Below the pieces are notes generated by a model. It worked only from the letters and a program-made list of their open reading frames with translations. It did no database searches and was not told where the DNA came from. This document shows, in pieces, positions 1 through 12,124 of a DNA stretch of 64,000 nucleotides. The stretch is from Chiloscyllium plagiosum (lineage: Eukaryota), in the NCBI RefSeq assembly GCF_004010195.1, contig NC_057718.1, positions 45,238,717 through 45,302,716 of the forward strand. Direction: 5' to 3'. Position numbers and translations under genes: made by a program. Within the stretch, counting starts at the first letter, position 1, and each line of letters opens with the position of its first letter.

Positions 1-750
1 TTTCAAGGAGCTATGAACCTGCACTCCAAGGTCTCTTTGTTCAGCAACACTCCCTAGGACCTTACCATTAAGTGTATAAGTCCTGCTCTGATTTGCCTTT
101 CCAAAATGCAGCACTTCGCATTTATCTAAATTAAATTCCATCTGCTACTTGGCTCATTAGCATATCTGATCAAGATCCCATTATACTCTGAGGTAACCTT
201 CTTCACTATCCACTATACTTCAAATCTTGGTGATATCTGCAAACCTACCAACTTTACCTCCTATGTTCACATCAAAATCATGAATATAAATGATGACAAG
301 CAGTGGACCTAGCACCAATCCTTGTGGTACATCACTGGTCACAGGCTTCCAGCCAGAGAAGCAGCCCTCCACCACCACCGTCTGTCTTCAACCTTCGAGC
401 TGGTTCTGTATCCAAATGACTAGTTCTCCCTGTATTCCATGTGATCTGACCTTGCTAACCAGTCTCCCATGGGGAACCTTGTCAAACGCCTTACTGAAGT
501 CCACATAGATCACATCCACCACTCTGCCCTCATCAATCCTTTTTGTGACGTTTTCAAAAAACTGAATCAGTTTGTGAGACATGATTTCCCACGCACAAAG
601 CCATGTTGACTATCCCTAATCATTCCTTGCCTTTCCAAATACATGTACATCCTGTCCCTCAGGATTTCCTCCAACAACCTGCCCACCACTGAGGTCAGGC
701 TCACCGGTCTATAGTTCCCTGGCTTGACCTTACCTCCCTTCTTAAACAGT
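1..750 (-). mobile_element. CR1/HER1-type LINE fragment (reverse transcriptase region)
   Basis: Minus ORF 388..582 contains VDVIYVDFSKAFDKVPHGRLVSKVRSHGIQG, a CR1-type RT motif. The sequence matches other copies in the window. Confidence 0.92.
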
Positions 751-1810
751 GAGACCAGTGCATCTTCTGTTTACAACTATCCTTGGACACAATGAAGATA
801 AAGGATGATTAGTGGCAATGAACTACCTCAACAACCATTTACTTTTGCCACATTTTAGTAAAGTTGGGCAGATACCACAAGGTGTCAGCACTGGCAATCA
901 AGTTAATACCACTGCAATCATTAGGTGATGGCTCTAAGATGAGAGAAAATCTGCAGGCAATCAAGAGTGCCACAGTTTTCAAACTGTTAAAGATTAAATT
1001 AAATTAGGTGATTTTGAGGTGAGCTTTGATTTCAACACCATATGGATATATGTTCTCATGAGAGTTGGTTTGACTTGAAATATTAAATCTGCTTCTCTCT
1101 CCAAAAATGCTGCCAGACATGCTGAGTTTATCCAGCTCTGTTTTATTAATAAGGGTGTAAGAGTGTCTAGAAAGACATTTACAACAAGAACCATAAAGGA
1201 TAATTTGCAAGAAAGTTTACTATAATGATGATATAACATTATTAAGAAGACAATGACAGAAAAGGAAAAATTGGACTATCTCCTTTTGTTTATTGTATCT
1301 TTCCCATGAGTGTTAGAGAAATGGAAAAAGAGCTTTTCCAAATATATATAAATAGTATTTGAATCTTAGGAAAATAGAAATTTAAGAGGAAAAAGAATTT
1401 GCATTAATGAGTAAAATAGGAGCACTAGGGTCCTGTGCCTGAGCCTGTCCTCTATTGGGACTTTTTCTTTTTTTCCCCTTCTTCTTTCCTCAGTTTTATT
1501 TAGCTTTCACCCAAACATACCTGATAAAGAGAGCTGTTTGGTAGGAAGGTGGCTTCAACGGACTTTGGTGTAGCAGCGGCATCTTCAGAGATGGTATGGC
1601 TACAGACTTGGCCGTCTGTGAAGCCTGGAGTGGGACTTTTGTTTCTGCATGGAGTGAGTACCTGGTAGCAGCACGGCGTAGCCTAGAACAGGACTGTAAC
1701 AGCAGGGAAAGAAAAGGTGGACTCTCTCTAAGTTATCTTTAAGCTACAAATCTTCTCAAAACTTGCTGAGTTATCTTTCTTTATTTTTTATTTTATTTTA
1801 AGTTAAGAAA

Positions 1811-2172
1811 GGGCGGCACGGTGGCTCATTGGTGGCTCAGCACTGTTGCCTCACAGCGTCAGGGTCCTGGGTTTGATTCCAGCCTCAGGCAACTGTCTGT
1901 GTGGAGTTTGCATACTCTCCCCATGCCTGCATGGTTTTCCTCCGGGTGCTCCGGTTTCCTTCCATAATCCAAAGATGTGCAGGTCAGGTGAATTTGCCAT
2001 GCTAAACTGCCCATAGTGTTCAGGGATGTGTGGGTTACGTGCATTAGTCAGGGGAAATGTAGAGTAGTAGGGTAGGGGAATGTGTCTGGGTGGGATACTC
2101 TTTGGACGGTCAGTGTGAACTTGTTCGGCCAAATGTTCAGTTTCCACACTGTAGGGTTTCTATGATACTATG
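1811..2172 (+). mobile_element. HE1-type tRNA-derived SINE
   Basis: A-box-like GGTGGCTCA, B-box-like GGTTTGATTCC, body GATGTGCAGGTCAGGTGAATT and a LINE-like CTATGA tail. Several sister copies occur in the window. Confidence 0.85.
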
Positions 2173-2254
2173 AATGAGAATGTGCCAACGGTACACATTT
2201 TTTTACTGCATTTCATATTGAATATACATGACAATAAATGATCCAATTAAACTA

Positions 2255-2710
2255 TGAAGGAGATAGATCGTCATACAGCATAGAAACAGACCCTTTGGTT
2301 CAACTTGTCCATGCCGACCAAGTTTCTCCAAATAAATTAGTCCCATTTGCCTGCACTTAGCCCATATCTTTCTAGATCTTCCATAGTCATTTATCCAAAT
2401 ATCTCTTAAATGCAGTAACTGTACCCACATCTACCACTTCCTCTGGCAGCTCATTCCACATACAAACCACCGTGGGAGAAAGTTGACTCTCAGTCCCTTT
2501 AAAACTATGTTCTCTAGTTTTAAACTCCCCAACCTAGAAAAAGACCTTGCTATTCACCTTATCTATGCCCTTCATGATTTTATAAACCTTCATAAGGTCA
2601 CCTCTCAACCTCCTATGCTCCAGTAAAAAAAAATGCCCCAGCTTATTCAGCTTCTCCTTAGAATCAAACCCTTCAGTCCTGGTAATATCCTTGTAAGTCT
2701 TTTCTGCATC
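2255..2710 (-). mobile_element. CR1/HER1-type LINE 3' end
   Basis: Translates to LEHRRLRGDLMKVYKIMKGIDKV, followed by a 3' UTR shared with the other copies. Confidence 0.9.
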
Positions 2711-3110
2711 TTGCTCTGGAAATTCCACTGGAAAGACAGAGAAAATAAAGCCAAGTGCATTATTACACAAAGGGTGAATCCATGAAAGGAAATGATAGCT
2801 CTGATTGCACTTTCAAGAACCATGAAGGAAAGTTAGAAATGATATATAGTCTGAAGTAAATTGTGTGACTTTGTTTTGAATTAGGTTGCACCCATTAGTC
2901 CTTGTACTAATATTCCATTCAATTTGTGCTGCAAAGTCTACCCCTGTATTTATGTTGGATATACCAATGGTTGATTTGAAGTAGTAATTAATGATTATGG
3001 ACTCTATTATGTGGCATTTATGTACTTAATGGTTCTAAAAATGTTCAAATAACCATTAGCTTGGAAATTGTACATAAAATTCTGTTGTTTGTTTATAAAC
3101 TATTACATTC

Positions 3111-3387
3111 TGAAATAAATGCACAGGGGCCGGTATCCCGTCACCAAGTCACCCTTTATGTACTTGTGCACAGTACAGTGGCTGTTGCCAGCCAGCTCAG
3201 AGTCAGTCACCTGAACTGTTTTTTTTTTTCTCAACTGAGGAGATTCTAATCTTTTGGGGTTTTTTTCTCTCAACTGGGGAGATTTGAATCCCCTGGTCAT
3301 ATTGGTCAGCCAGAGCTTTCCAGTTTGGGACCTGGGCCAATCAATAACCTCGTAGTCAACGAGGTCAATCTGTTTCCAATCACTACA
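3111..3387 (-). mobile_element. Probable solo LTR of an LTR retrotransposon
   Basis: TG...CA termini (minus strand starts TGTAGTG, ends TTATTTCA), an ATAAA-type signal near the 3' end, and flanks CATTC/AATTC resembling a 5-bp TSD with one mismatch. Confidence 0.6.
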
Positions 3388-3744
3388 AATTCAACTTATT
3401 TCAATGCCCAGCAATCCCAATTTTCTGAAAATTGATGTTTTAGTTATTTTACAATGACTTACCAAGTCACTTGATTGGTGACTAAATATACACTGTAGTT
3501 TTAGGGGACCAACTGTGCTGGCTGGGCCACAGTCAGTGCATTCCTGTTACTGTTAGTTATTGCTTTTTTTTGAGGAGGAGGGTTAAAAAGAAAAAAAAAG
3601 AATACCAGTTAACAAACTGGCTAAAAGAAAGAAAACACTGTAGTTTTAAAAGCAGGCCATTAGCCACAATGGGAATTAGTAAACTACCTAGCACCATTTT
3701 ATAATTCTTCAGTCAAACCTTAATCACACAATTCATTTTTTTTT

Positions 3745-3903
3745 AAACCCCCACACTACCACCTAAGGGCGGTAGTGCTTATTTTTTCCCCAGCACCTAT
3801 GGACACCCCCCTTTTTTTTATATTAACCCCCACACTACCACCTAAGTACGGTAGTGCTTATTAACACCTGTTTATAATATTAACCCCCACACTACCACCT
3901 AAG
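3745..3903. repeat. Three dispersed copies of AACCCCCACACTACCACCTAAG
   Basis: Copies at about 3746, 3825 and 3881. The first two continue into CGGTAGTGCTTATT, forming a CACTACC/GGTAGTG stem. Confidence 0.8.
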
Positions 3904-5271
3904 TGAATCCCCTGTTTATTTTTTTTTCGGACTCCACAGCGCGACACTCCTTCTCCATTACTTACAATTGTGTTTAAATACTTTTCACACTTAATTAGGT
4001 ACTCCTTAAGTCACTCCTCAAGAGTGTGATAATTTCCGACAATAACTATAAAAGCAGTAAGATATGACAGGTAGCTGTCACAATATTGCTATAATTGCAC
4101 AACACATTTTTCAATCAGGTCAAAACATACCACTTGTTTTGCTGATAACTTCAAAGAATAGAATAGAATTTTATTGTCATATATTCTTTTACATGAAAGT
4201 TACTATGAAAATTTTATAGGTCACCCCATCGCGGCACCTGCATCAATTTTACATGATTAAAAAATGTAAAATTAAGACAAAGTTCATCACAGTTCAGTTA
4301 ATGGCTCTTGGGCTCAGGGAAAGCTGATTAAGGAATGATGGCATACCCTGAAGACACAGCCAGGACAAGACTGCCAAACCAAGCCACTAGAGTCCTGGGC
4401 CAGAATCTTCCATCGAAGAAGACCGCCATTCCAGGCTGAGACTGCTACACCTGGACGAAACGAACTGCAAAGCCATTGGATGCCAAAGACGAAGAAAATC
4501 TCCTCACTGGGGTCGAAAAAATTGTGAAAAAATTGCTACAGTTGGAGACCCCCCCCTGCCAGGCCAAGACTGCCTTTTTCCTTCTTCAGACACCTGGGCC
4601 TAGCTGTAGACCTGGAGCCTAGGTCTAGCCTGCAGGTCTGGGCTGGGGGAGTCAGCCCATGACCTGTTCCTCACTTGCCAGGAGACCCCGGGTTGGGATA
4701 AAGCCATGTCCGGCTTGTCCTGGCATTCCTGCCACCCAAAGCCACCTTCTTCACCCACTACTCTCCAGACTTTAAAGAAATGAAAATGAAGAATAAAGAA
4801 AAAAACAAAGAAAACAGTGCAAGAATGAGAAGAAGGAAAGAAAGAGAAAGAAAGGCAATCCCTGGGCTCAGCCTATGTACACCACTGCCACCTTGACCTA
4901 TTACAAAGGTACTAAATGGTGTGGAATCTTAATGCAACTATAAAAAAGCCAAAAGGGCATTCAAAACCAAAACTATGTACTAAGATTAGTGCTCTTATTA
5001 TGCTGTATTATAGCGTTTGATTCATCATGGTGAAAAAGAAACTCAAGTGCCATGTGACAATGATGTTTCTGTGTAAGTTTTAGTGTTTATAACTAAGGGC
5101 CTAAAAGTACTTTAACTTTTTAATGATAACATTACCACAGTTGAAATACCCTACAGTAATATACTTTTTCTTAAACAATCCTATTATAGGCATAAATTAT
5201 TTTATAATTTTATAAAAATGCATTTACTTTGCACAAAATATTATATTTTTGTATAGGTTAAATATTCTGAA

Positions 5272-6090
5272 ATTTTGAGAAGCTTTGTTGCTCAGGTTGA
5301 GGTTCTGGATGTAAGTTTGCTCACTCGCTGAGCTAGAAGGTTCATTTTCAGACAGTTCATCATAATACGAGGTAACATTATCAGTGTTACCTCTGGTGAA
5401 GTGCTGGTATTATGTCCCATTTTCTATTTATGTGTTTAGGTTCCCTTGGGTTGGTGATGTCATTTTCTGTTTTCTTTTCTCAGAGGATGATAGATGGGGT
5501 CCAAGTCAATGTGTTTGTTGATAAGAGTTCCAGTTGGAATGCCATGCTTCTAGGAATTCTCGTGCATGTCTCTGTTTGTCTTGTCCTAGGATGGATATGT
5601 TGTCCCAGTCAAAGTGGTGTCCTTTCTCATCTGTATGAAAGGATACCAGTGAGAGTGGGTCATGTCTTTTTGTGGCTAGTTGATGTTCATGTATCCTGGT
5701 GGCTAGTTTTCTGCCTGTTTGTCCAATGTAGTGTTTGTTACAGTTCTTGCAAGGTTTTTTGTAAATTATGTTTGTTTTGCTTGTTGTCTGTATAGGGCAT
5801 TTTAAGTTCATCAGCTGCTGTTTTAGTGTTTTGGTGCATTTGTGGGCTGCTATGATGCCAAGAGGTCTGGCAGTCATTTCTGAAATGTCTTTGATGTAGG
5901 GGAGAGTGGCGAGAGTTTCTGGGCATATTTTGTCTACTTGTTTGGCTTTGTTGCTGAGAAATCAGTGGACTGTTATTGGGTACCTGTTCTTTTAGAATTC
6001 GCTGTATAGCTGATTTTCCTCTGCTGTTCGTATTTCCTCTATGCTGCAGTGTGTGGTAGCTTGTTGAAATGTTGTCCACACCCCAATTTT
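5272..6090 (-). mobile_element. Penelope-like element (Poseidon-type), 5'-truncated, with GIY-YIG endonuclease
   Basis: Minus ORF 5506..5877 reads TNIIYKKPCKNCNKHYIGQTGRKLATRIHEH...AREFLEAWHS. Its 3' terminus is shared with 15093-15665. Confidence 0.9.
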
Positions 6091-7269
6091 TCTGTTTGCT
6101 CTTTGCCTCTCTAGTCTAGCCTGTGTACAATAAACCCTCAGGCTGCAGCACCTAGTTTTAAAGCTGAGAATTAAGTCAATGGAGTTCACCTGAAAATTAT
6201 GTGGGCAGCCCCAAAATTCCATGGACTTTGATTCTGGCACATACTTCAGAATTGTACTTTCCAATATCCATTGAGTCAAATCTTACTGGAGAATGCAGTC
6301 AAGAAGAAAGTACAATTATCTTGGGCCTATGGTCATGTATGTTACACCAGGTATGTCTTAAGCATCTCTCTGTGCTAAACTACTGTGAAATCCTGTTTTG
6401 GTGATGGGTCCAATGTGAATGACTGACTGGTGCTCCTGGAAATATTTGAAATAGGGTCCAAGCGGTGCCCCTGTGGCTTGATGGCCTATGTTGATCCCTG
6501 ATTTTGCCCTGAAGATAGTGAGTAAAGTAGGACAGTAAAGACTTTGACAAGAGAACTCAGAAGTGCTAGGGTAAAGGTTCTGCTATTATTGGTGGAGATG
6601 AGGGCAGAAATGTGTAAAGTAAACCAGAGTCAGAAATGTGGAGTCCTACAGATTGTCCCTTCAAAAATCTTGCGTGAAGATTCAGCTGCCCTTATCTTAA
6701 ATCACAACAGATTCACTTGTAGTTACTGAACAACATACTTGTAGTTACTGAACAACATTGGTTTCCAGCTAGGAAAGAATTTCAGTTTTCTCACCACTAT
6801 TTTCAAATTTCTCCATGGCTTTGCTCCCTTTATTTCTCTAAATTATTCAAACTACTGTATGCGACTCTCTGAAGTTTGCATACCTGTTCATCTCAAATTC
6901 TTGCTACTTACACAATCTCAATTTTCATCAGACAGTCATGCCTTCAGTTAACTGAGCCCTAACCTCCCAAAATGTCTTTGCCTTTCCCTTTCTTTCATAC
7001 CTCCTTCAAATCTTCCACTTGGACAAAGCTTTTAGTCACTTGTCTGAATGTATCAATATACAGCTTGGTGCCAAATTTTGTGCAATAACACTTTTAGTTA
7101 AATGTATTAGAATTACATTGAATGAGGTATTCAAATTCAAAATGTTTTCAATGTTTCAGTTGGAATGTCTTTCATTGGTGCCCTTCTGGATGAGCTTGTG
7201 TTGTCTAAATTGTAACTCAGGAGGATTGTAAAATAGACATTCAGATAGAAGGACAACTTATGAGCGCTA

Positions 7270-7945
7270 AAGTGTGGGGTGGTTAGCCCTGTTGCATAAC
7301 ATACATGGAACCCAAGTTCAATTTCACTCTCAAATGACTGACTGTGTGGACTTTATGCATTCTCCCTGTATCTGTGTGGGCTTCTGTGGGTTCCTCCCAC
7401 AATCCAAAGATGTGCAGGTTAGGTCAGTTAGCCATGGGAAATGCAGGGTTACTGGGATGGGTCTGGGTGGGATGCTCTTTATAGGGTCATGACATGGAGG
7501 TACCGGTATTGGACTGGGGTGGACAAGGTCAGAAATCACATGACACCAGATTATAGTGCAACAGGTTTATTTGAAATCACAAGCTTTTTTCTTCTTCACC
7601 ATCAGTATTAGCAGAACTTTTATCCTTGTACTTTGGAATTCTCTTCTTAATGGCTTTGCTGTCCTACTTTACTTACTATCTTCAGGGCAAAATCGGGGAT
7701 CAATGTAGGTCATCAAGCCACAGGGGCACTGGCTTGAACCCTATTTCAAATATTTCCAGGAGCACCAGTCACTCTTATTGGACCCATCACCAAAACAGGA
7801 TTTCACAATAGTTAATGCAGAGAGATGCTTAAGATGTACCTGGTGCAGCCCAAGATAATGGGATACTTTCTCCTTGACTTTAGAGGGTCGGTATGGAGTT
7901 GATGGGCCAAATAGCCTGCTTCCATACAGCAGGAATTCTATGATA
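7270..7945 (+). mobile_element. HE1-type SINE split by an insertion at 7489-7877
   Basis: SINE body runs to GGGATGCTCTTT and resumes at AGAGGGTCGG...TTCTATGAT. Confidence 0.75.
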
Positions 7946-8389
7946 ATATTTGGTCATATTTGTACCTATTTGGTCGTGGAATGCTTTGGATCATCTAAAG
8001 TCTAGAGCTATATACAGTAAATACAAACGTAAAAGAGTTGAAACGTTTGAAGTCCATCATCCCCACATGGTGTCACTCGTGAGCTGGTCTGAACAAATAA
8101 GTGTCATGGTTTGGCAGCAGATCCACATAGCATAACAATCCCATAGCCCGATTAACCAACTCTGTGAATTCCCAACGAAAGCAAATACGTTACTGTGAGA
8201 ATTCATTACCTTCCAGGTGTTCAATGTAGTGTACTTTTAAGGTAAAAAGAATACAATTTTGATTTTAATTCGGCCAAGAGGAAAAGCACACTAGGTTAGC
8301 AAAGTAATCTCCCACTGATTACTCAAAAAATATTGCTTTGGAAAAGTAACCTGATCAATACATAATTAAAGAGTTGCAGGACAGCTTTA

Positions 8390-9560
8390 AATCGACGTTG
8401 GCTGGGTGTGTTTTCGGTGTGTGACCATTAAGAAGCAACGACATCTCAGCCCTTCATCAGCTCGCATTCCTCACATTCCACATTTCTGATGTCACGAGGC
8501 GCAGATCTTTTTTTTTCAAACCCACAAACTGTGACCATGTTATTTAATCGAAAATAGTCTCGGCTGCAACTAGGAAAAAAGAAGGGAGAGAGATTACAAA
8601 CCAAAAAACAACTTGGCGACCATAAAGGCAACTCGGACCGCTGGCAGTTGCTTTAGAGTTCGGAACAACAAACAAGAAAGAGGGCAGAAAGAAAGTTTCA
8701 CCAAACAAAAGTAGTTCTTGAGCGGATGAGGTAGGCTCTCCGTGTAACTTCAAACACTTTTGGTGAGCAGACGGATCCCGGTCCCGACGTCTTTTAGACC
8801 AGTGGATCCTTTATCTAGACAGGAGGATTTCGTGCTAGTCTCCGCTTGTGGAAACTCCCCCCCCCCCCCCCCCAAAGAAAGAAACACGTTTGGAAAGTTT
8901 GAAGGGACGCGTGCAGTTTGTGGTTTTAATGGACTGATCGGACACGATAAAGACATGTAAACAGGTAAGGGAACCGGAGATTCCTAATTCCAGGAGCTTG
9001 CCTATTTGATTGAATGTGGAAGATAGATACACCAGAGAGAGAGGGAAATGTAGCCTCTTTACTTGATCCAAGATTTCCACTCGTCCTTGAGTGGTTTGAA
9101 GGAGTAAGTCAGACATGCCTATTAAAGGGAGGCTGTCTGCCTTACACTCTGGCTCAACTGCCAGCATTCCTCGACAGCCCCCTTTTATTTACAGCCTCCT
9201 TGATGGCGAGGGGAAGGTTCAAGCCAAGGTATGACAGCTTTTATTGTGCAGATTCAATTCTGCATCATACAGTACTTATAACTGAAATCTATGGCCCGCC
9301 CTGCAAGAAGGCTAACTTCAGGCTGCACTTTGTTGCCGCATATTTAAAGAGACCGTCTCATGTTTCGGTGGTCGATTGAGCTAATGAAATAAATGTAATA
9401 ATGCCATAACCGCCGACACATCTTATTTAAAAGATGCTTTACTAGAATTAACATTTTTTTAAAGTTTCAAAGCTGTGTTTTTAAATGTAAGATAAACTGA
9501 GCGATAAACGCGATAATTCTTTGTGCAGGAGACGAGGGTTAAATTTTACCTAATTACGAG
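8390..9560 (+). promoter_or_regulatory. CpG-enriched, repeat-free putative promoter region
   Basis: Many CG dinucleotides against a CpG-depleted background. CATTCC at 8465 and 8474, TGATGTCA at 8487. Confidence 0.65.
8500..8964 (+). other. Putative non-coding first exon (start uncertain) ending at donor CAG|GTAAGG
   Basis: Strong consensus 5' splice site with GT at 8965-8966 inside the CpG-rich region. No convincing ORF. Confidence 0.5.
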
Positions 9561-9997
9561 GAATTGATCCACTTGATGGGTTCAGATGATTTCTCAAACC
9601 ATGAAAGCAAAATTTGAAATAAGAATATGACTTTTAAATGAATTACCTGCATTTTGATGTTGGATTGTTGCTTAAACTTGTCAAAATATGATTTTTTTTG
9701 TTCCAAGTTGGCTTCTGCATCTTTACAATTCGTGTTCTTTTTTTCTGATTGAAGTACCCTAGTGGAGACAAAGGATAGCGTTGACTTTGAGGAGTCAGTT
9801 CACTTAGTGAATGCATCTTGTTCTACAATTTTCAGGTCTACGATTTAATTTTGACACTTGCATAAAAATGTTGGAATTTTTGTCTAAAGTTTCGAATGAA
9901 GCTTCTAACTATATTTTCATATTTGTTGAATTTTACATATATTCAATGTGCCTTTTTAAACAGACTAAAATTGACAACATTCAGTCACCAGTAGTGT

Positions 9998-10541
9998 AAA
10001 CAACCTGATCTGAATTCCCACTTGTCCTCTGATCCACTTTATGTACTAATCAACTGTAATGGACTTGCAATTTGAAGCATATGACCTATGGATATGCCGG
10101 AGTTCAAATTCAGGGGAAATATGTGGTGTAAACACCAGATGAAATTAACCTTGAGTTAATGCTGTCACATTTTCAAGAAGATCCAGCAGCTTGAGGAATC
10201 CTAGACTTTGCACTATGGTAATTCTCTTATGAAAAGCGATAGTATTTTGGACTGAAGCAATAAGGTCAAAGATATTGGACAATCTGATTATTGTTTATAT
10301 ATTGGAATTATGTTTCTTTACGAAGTGTTTGAGATAACACTACCTCTTAAAGTAAACCTGTTATGATATCAGGTTATGTTTACGACACTATTGGATGACC
10401 TTAGTTTTGATTAATGTTCACTGTTAAAAACCAGAACTCCGGCATATCCATAGGTCATATGCTTCAAATTGCAAGTCCATTACAGTTGATTAGTACATAA
10501 AGTGGATCAGCGGACAAGTGGGAATTCAGATCAGGTTGTTT
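9998..10541. repeat. 108-bp inverted repeat (9998-10105 / 10434-10541) with 328-bp spacer
   Basis: Arms are reverse complements with a single mismatch (GTCCTCTG vs GTCCGCTG). Confidence 0.95.
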
Positions 10542-10954
10542 CTTGGCTCTTCTTGGCTTTCTTGTAAAATCTAAGGGATCTGAAACATTTGGCAGAAATA
10601 TATTACTGTAAATCAGCTGCATTACAGCAGCAACTACACTTCAAATGTACTTCATTGGCTGTAAATCATTGAGATGTCTCCTGCACATGGAAAGCACAAT
10701 ATCATTGTGTATCATTCTTTAATTTTAAAAATATGGGTGTTCAATGTAGTGTTCCTTTTTTCAACTAATTTGCACTTATGCAATTTCCTTGTTTTAGGTT
10801 TTTATTTAACATATATTCACCTAATTTCATGCCTGCAACTGAAATTGTATACAAAATCAGTTTGTAGGCCATCACTAATACAGCTGCCAGTAGGCATTAG
10901 AGACCACCCAGATGTGAGTTTCCAGTCATGCTGTGTGTATCTGTTACTTTCTCA

Positions 10955-11125
10955 TTGAGTCAAAATCCCAAAGCTCCCTTCTTAACCACACTGTGGGCAT
11001 ACCTACACCATGCAGACTGCAAAGGAATAACAAGGCAGCTCACTACCACCTGCTCATGGACTAGTGATGAGATAATAAATGCTGGCCATGCTAACTGCAT
11101 TCTGTGAGTGGATATTTTAAAATAA
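10955..11125 (+). mobile_element. Old LINE 3' end remnant (same family as 39500-39945)
   Basis: Shares CACTGTGGG...AGGCAGCTCAC...AATAAATGCTGGCC and an A-rich tail. Confidence 0.5.
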
Positions 11126-11349
11126 AAGTCGCAATTAGAAATGATCTCTTTTCGATGAGATGTCAGAGTGATGCTGTGTCTACTTGTTGAGCAGTTGTAA
11201 AAAATCTCATGGTACTGTTGAATGAAGACCTTGTTTTAAGTGCTGCTAGATTTCCTACATTACAAAAATGATTAAACTTTTAAAAGCATGTAATTGGCGT
11301 TGCAGTGTTTTGGGATGTTCTAAGGTTATGAAAGGCATGATAAAAATGC

Positions 11350-11560
11350 AAATAAAAGCAAATTACTGTGGATGCTGGAGATCTGAAATAAACAGTAGTG
11401 TTTGAGAATGTCAGCAAATATGGTAGCATCTGTGGAGTGAAAAATGTTAACATTTCAAGCCCCATGGCTCTTCCTCCCTGAAGAGTCATATTGTGCTCAA
11501 ATTGTAATCTGTTTCTCTCTCCACGCGTGCTAAATTTCTACAGGACTTTTTCTATTGATT
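11350..11560. mobile_element. Penelope-derived miniature element with inverted termini
   Basis: TACTGTGGATGCTGGAGATCTGAAA arm opposed to a CTGAAGAG...TCTCTCTCCAC arm. Similar to 60520-60770. Confidence 0.5.
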
Positions 11561-12124
11561 TAAAAATACAAGTTCTTCAGTTGATGTTAACTGATCCTAC
11601 ATTTATTACGAAATCCTTGATGTCTTGTTAAGATTAAAATCACACAACACCAGATTATAGTCCAACAGGTTTATTTAGAAGCACTAACTTTTGGAGCACT
11701 ACCCCTTCATCAGGTAGCTGTGAAACAGGATCATAAGACAGATTTATAGCAAAAGATTACACTATTATGCAACTGAAATGATATATTGAACAAACCAAGA
11801 TTGCTGTTAGGTCTTTCATCTTTTAGAATGGGTTGCAGGTTTCAGTATCTCCCACAACTTCTTTTAAGTCATATTCCCGAGATAAGTTAAGGTTTTATTT
11901 TGTAAAAAAAAAGTGACATCTCTGCTCAAGCAATGCAATAAATGTGTAAGCTCAGAATCTGTCTGTATCCCAATCTTGAATTAAAATTGGTTCTATTTCC
12001 AAAGTAGGAATTATAAAATACTACATGGATTGACTGCCTGCAGATTGTGTGCTTCTTGAGAAAAATGAAATGTTTCTGCAAATGCAAGTTCATCCCATAG
12101 AAATGTGTGTGTGTGAGAGAGATA

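Noticed and set aside
1811..1890. tRNA-like A/B boxes (also at 23586 and 62421)
   Set aside because: These are SINE heads, not cloverleaf tRNA genes.
3745..3903. Repeat-spacer pattern reminiscent of CRISPR
   Set aside because: Only three irregular copies, eukaryotic context, no cas genes.
6715..6758. 22-bp tandem duplication ACTTGTAGTTACTGAACAACAT (also a ~27-bp direct repeat at about 29536/29647)
   Set aside because: Ordinary local slippage or duplication with no further structure.
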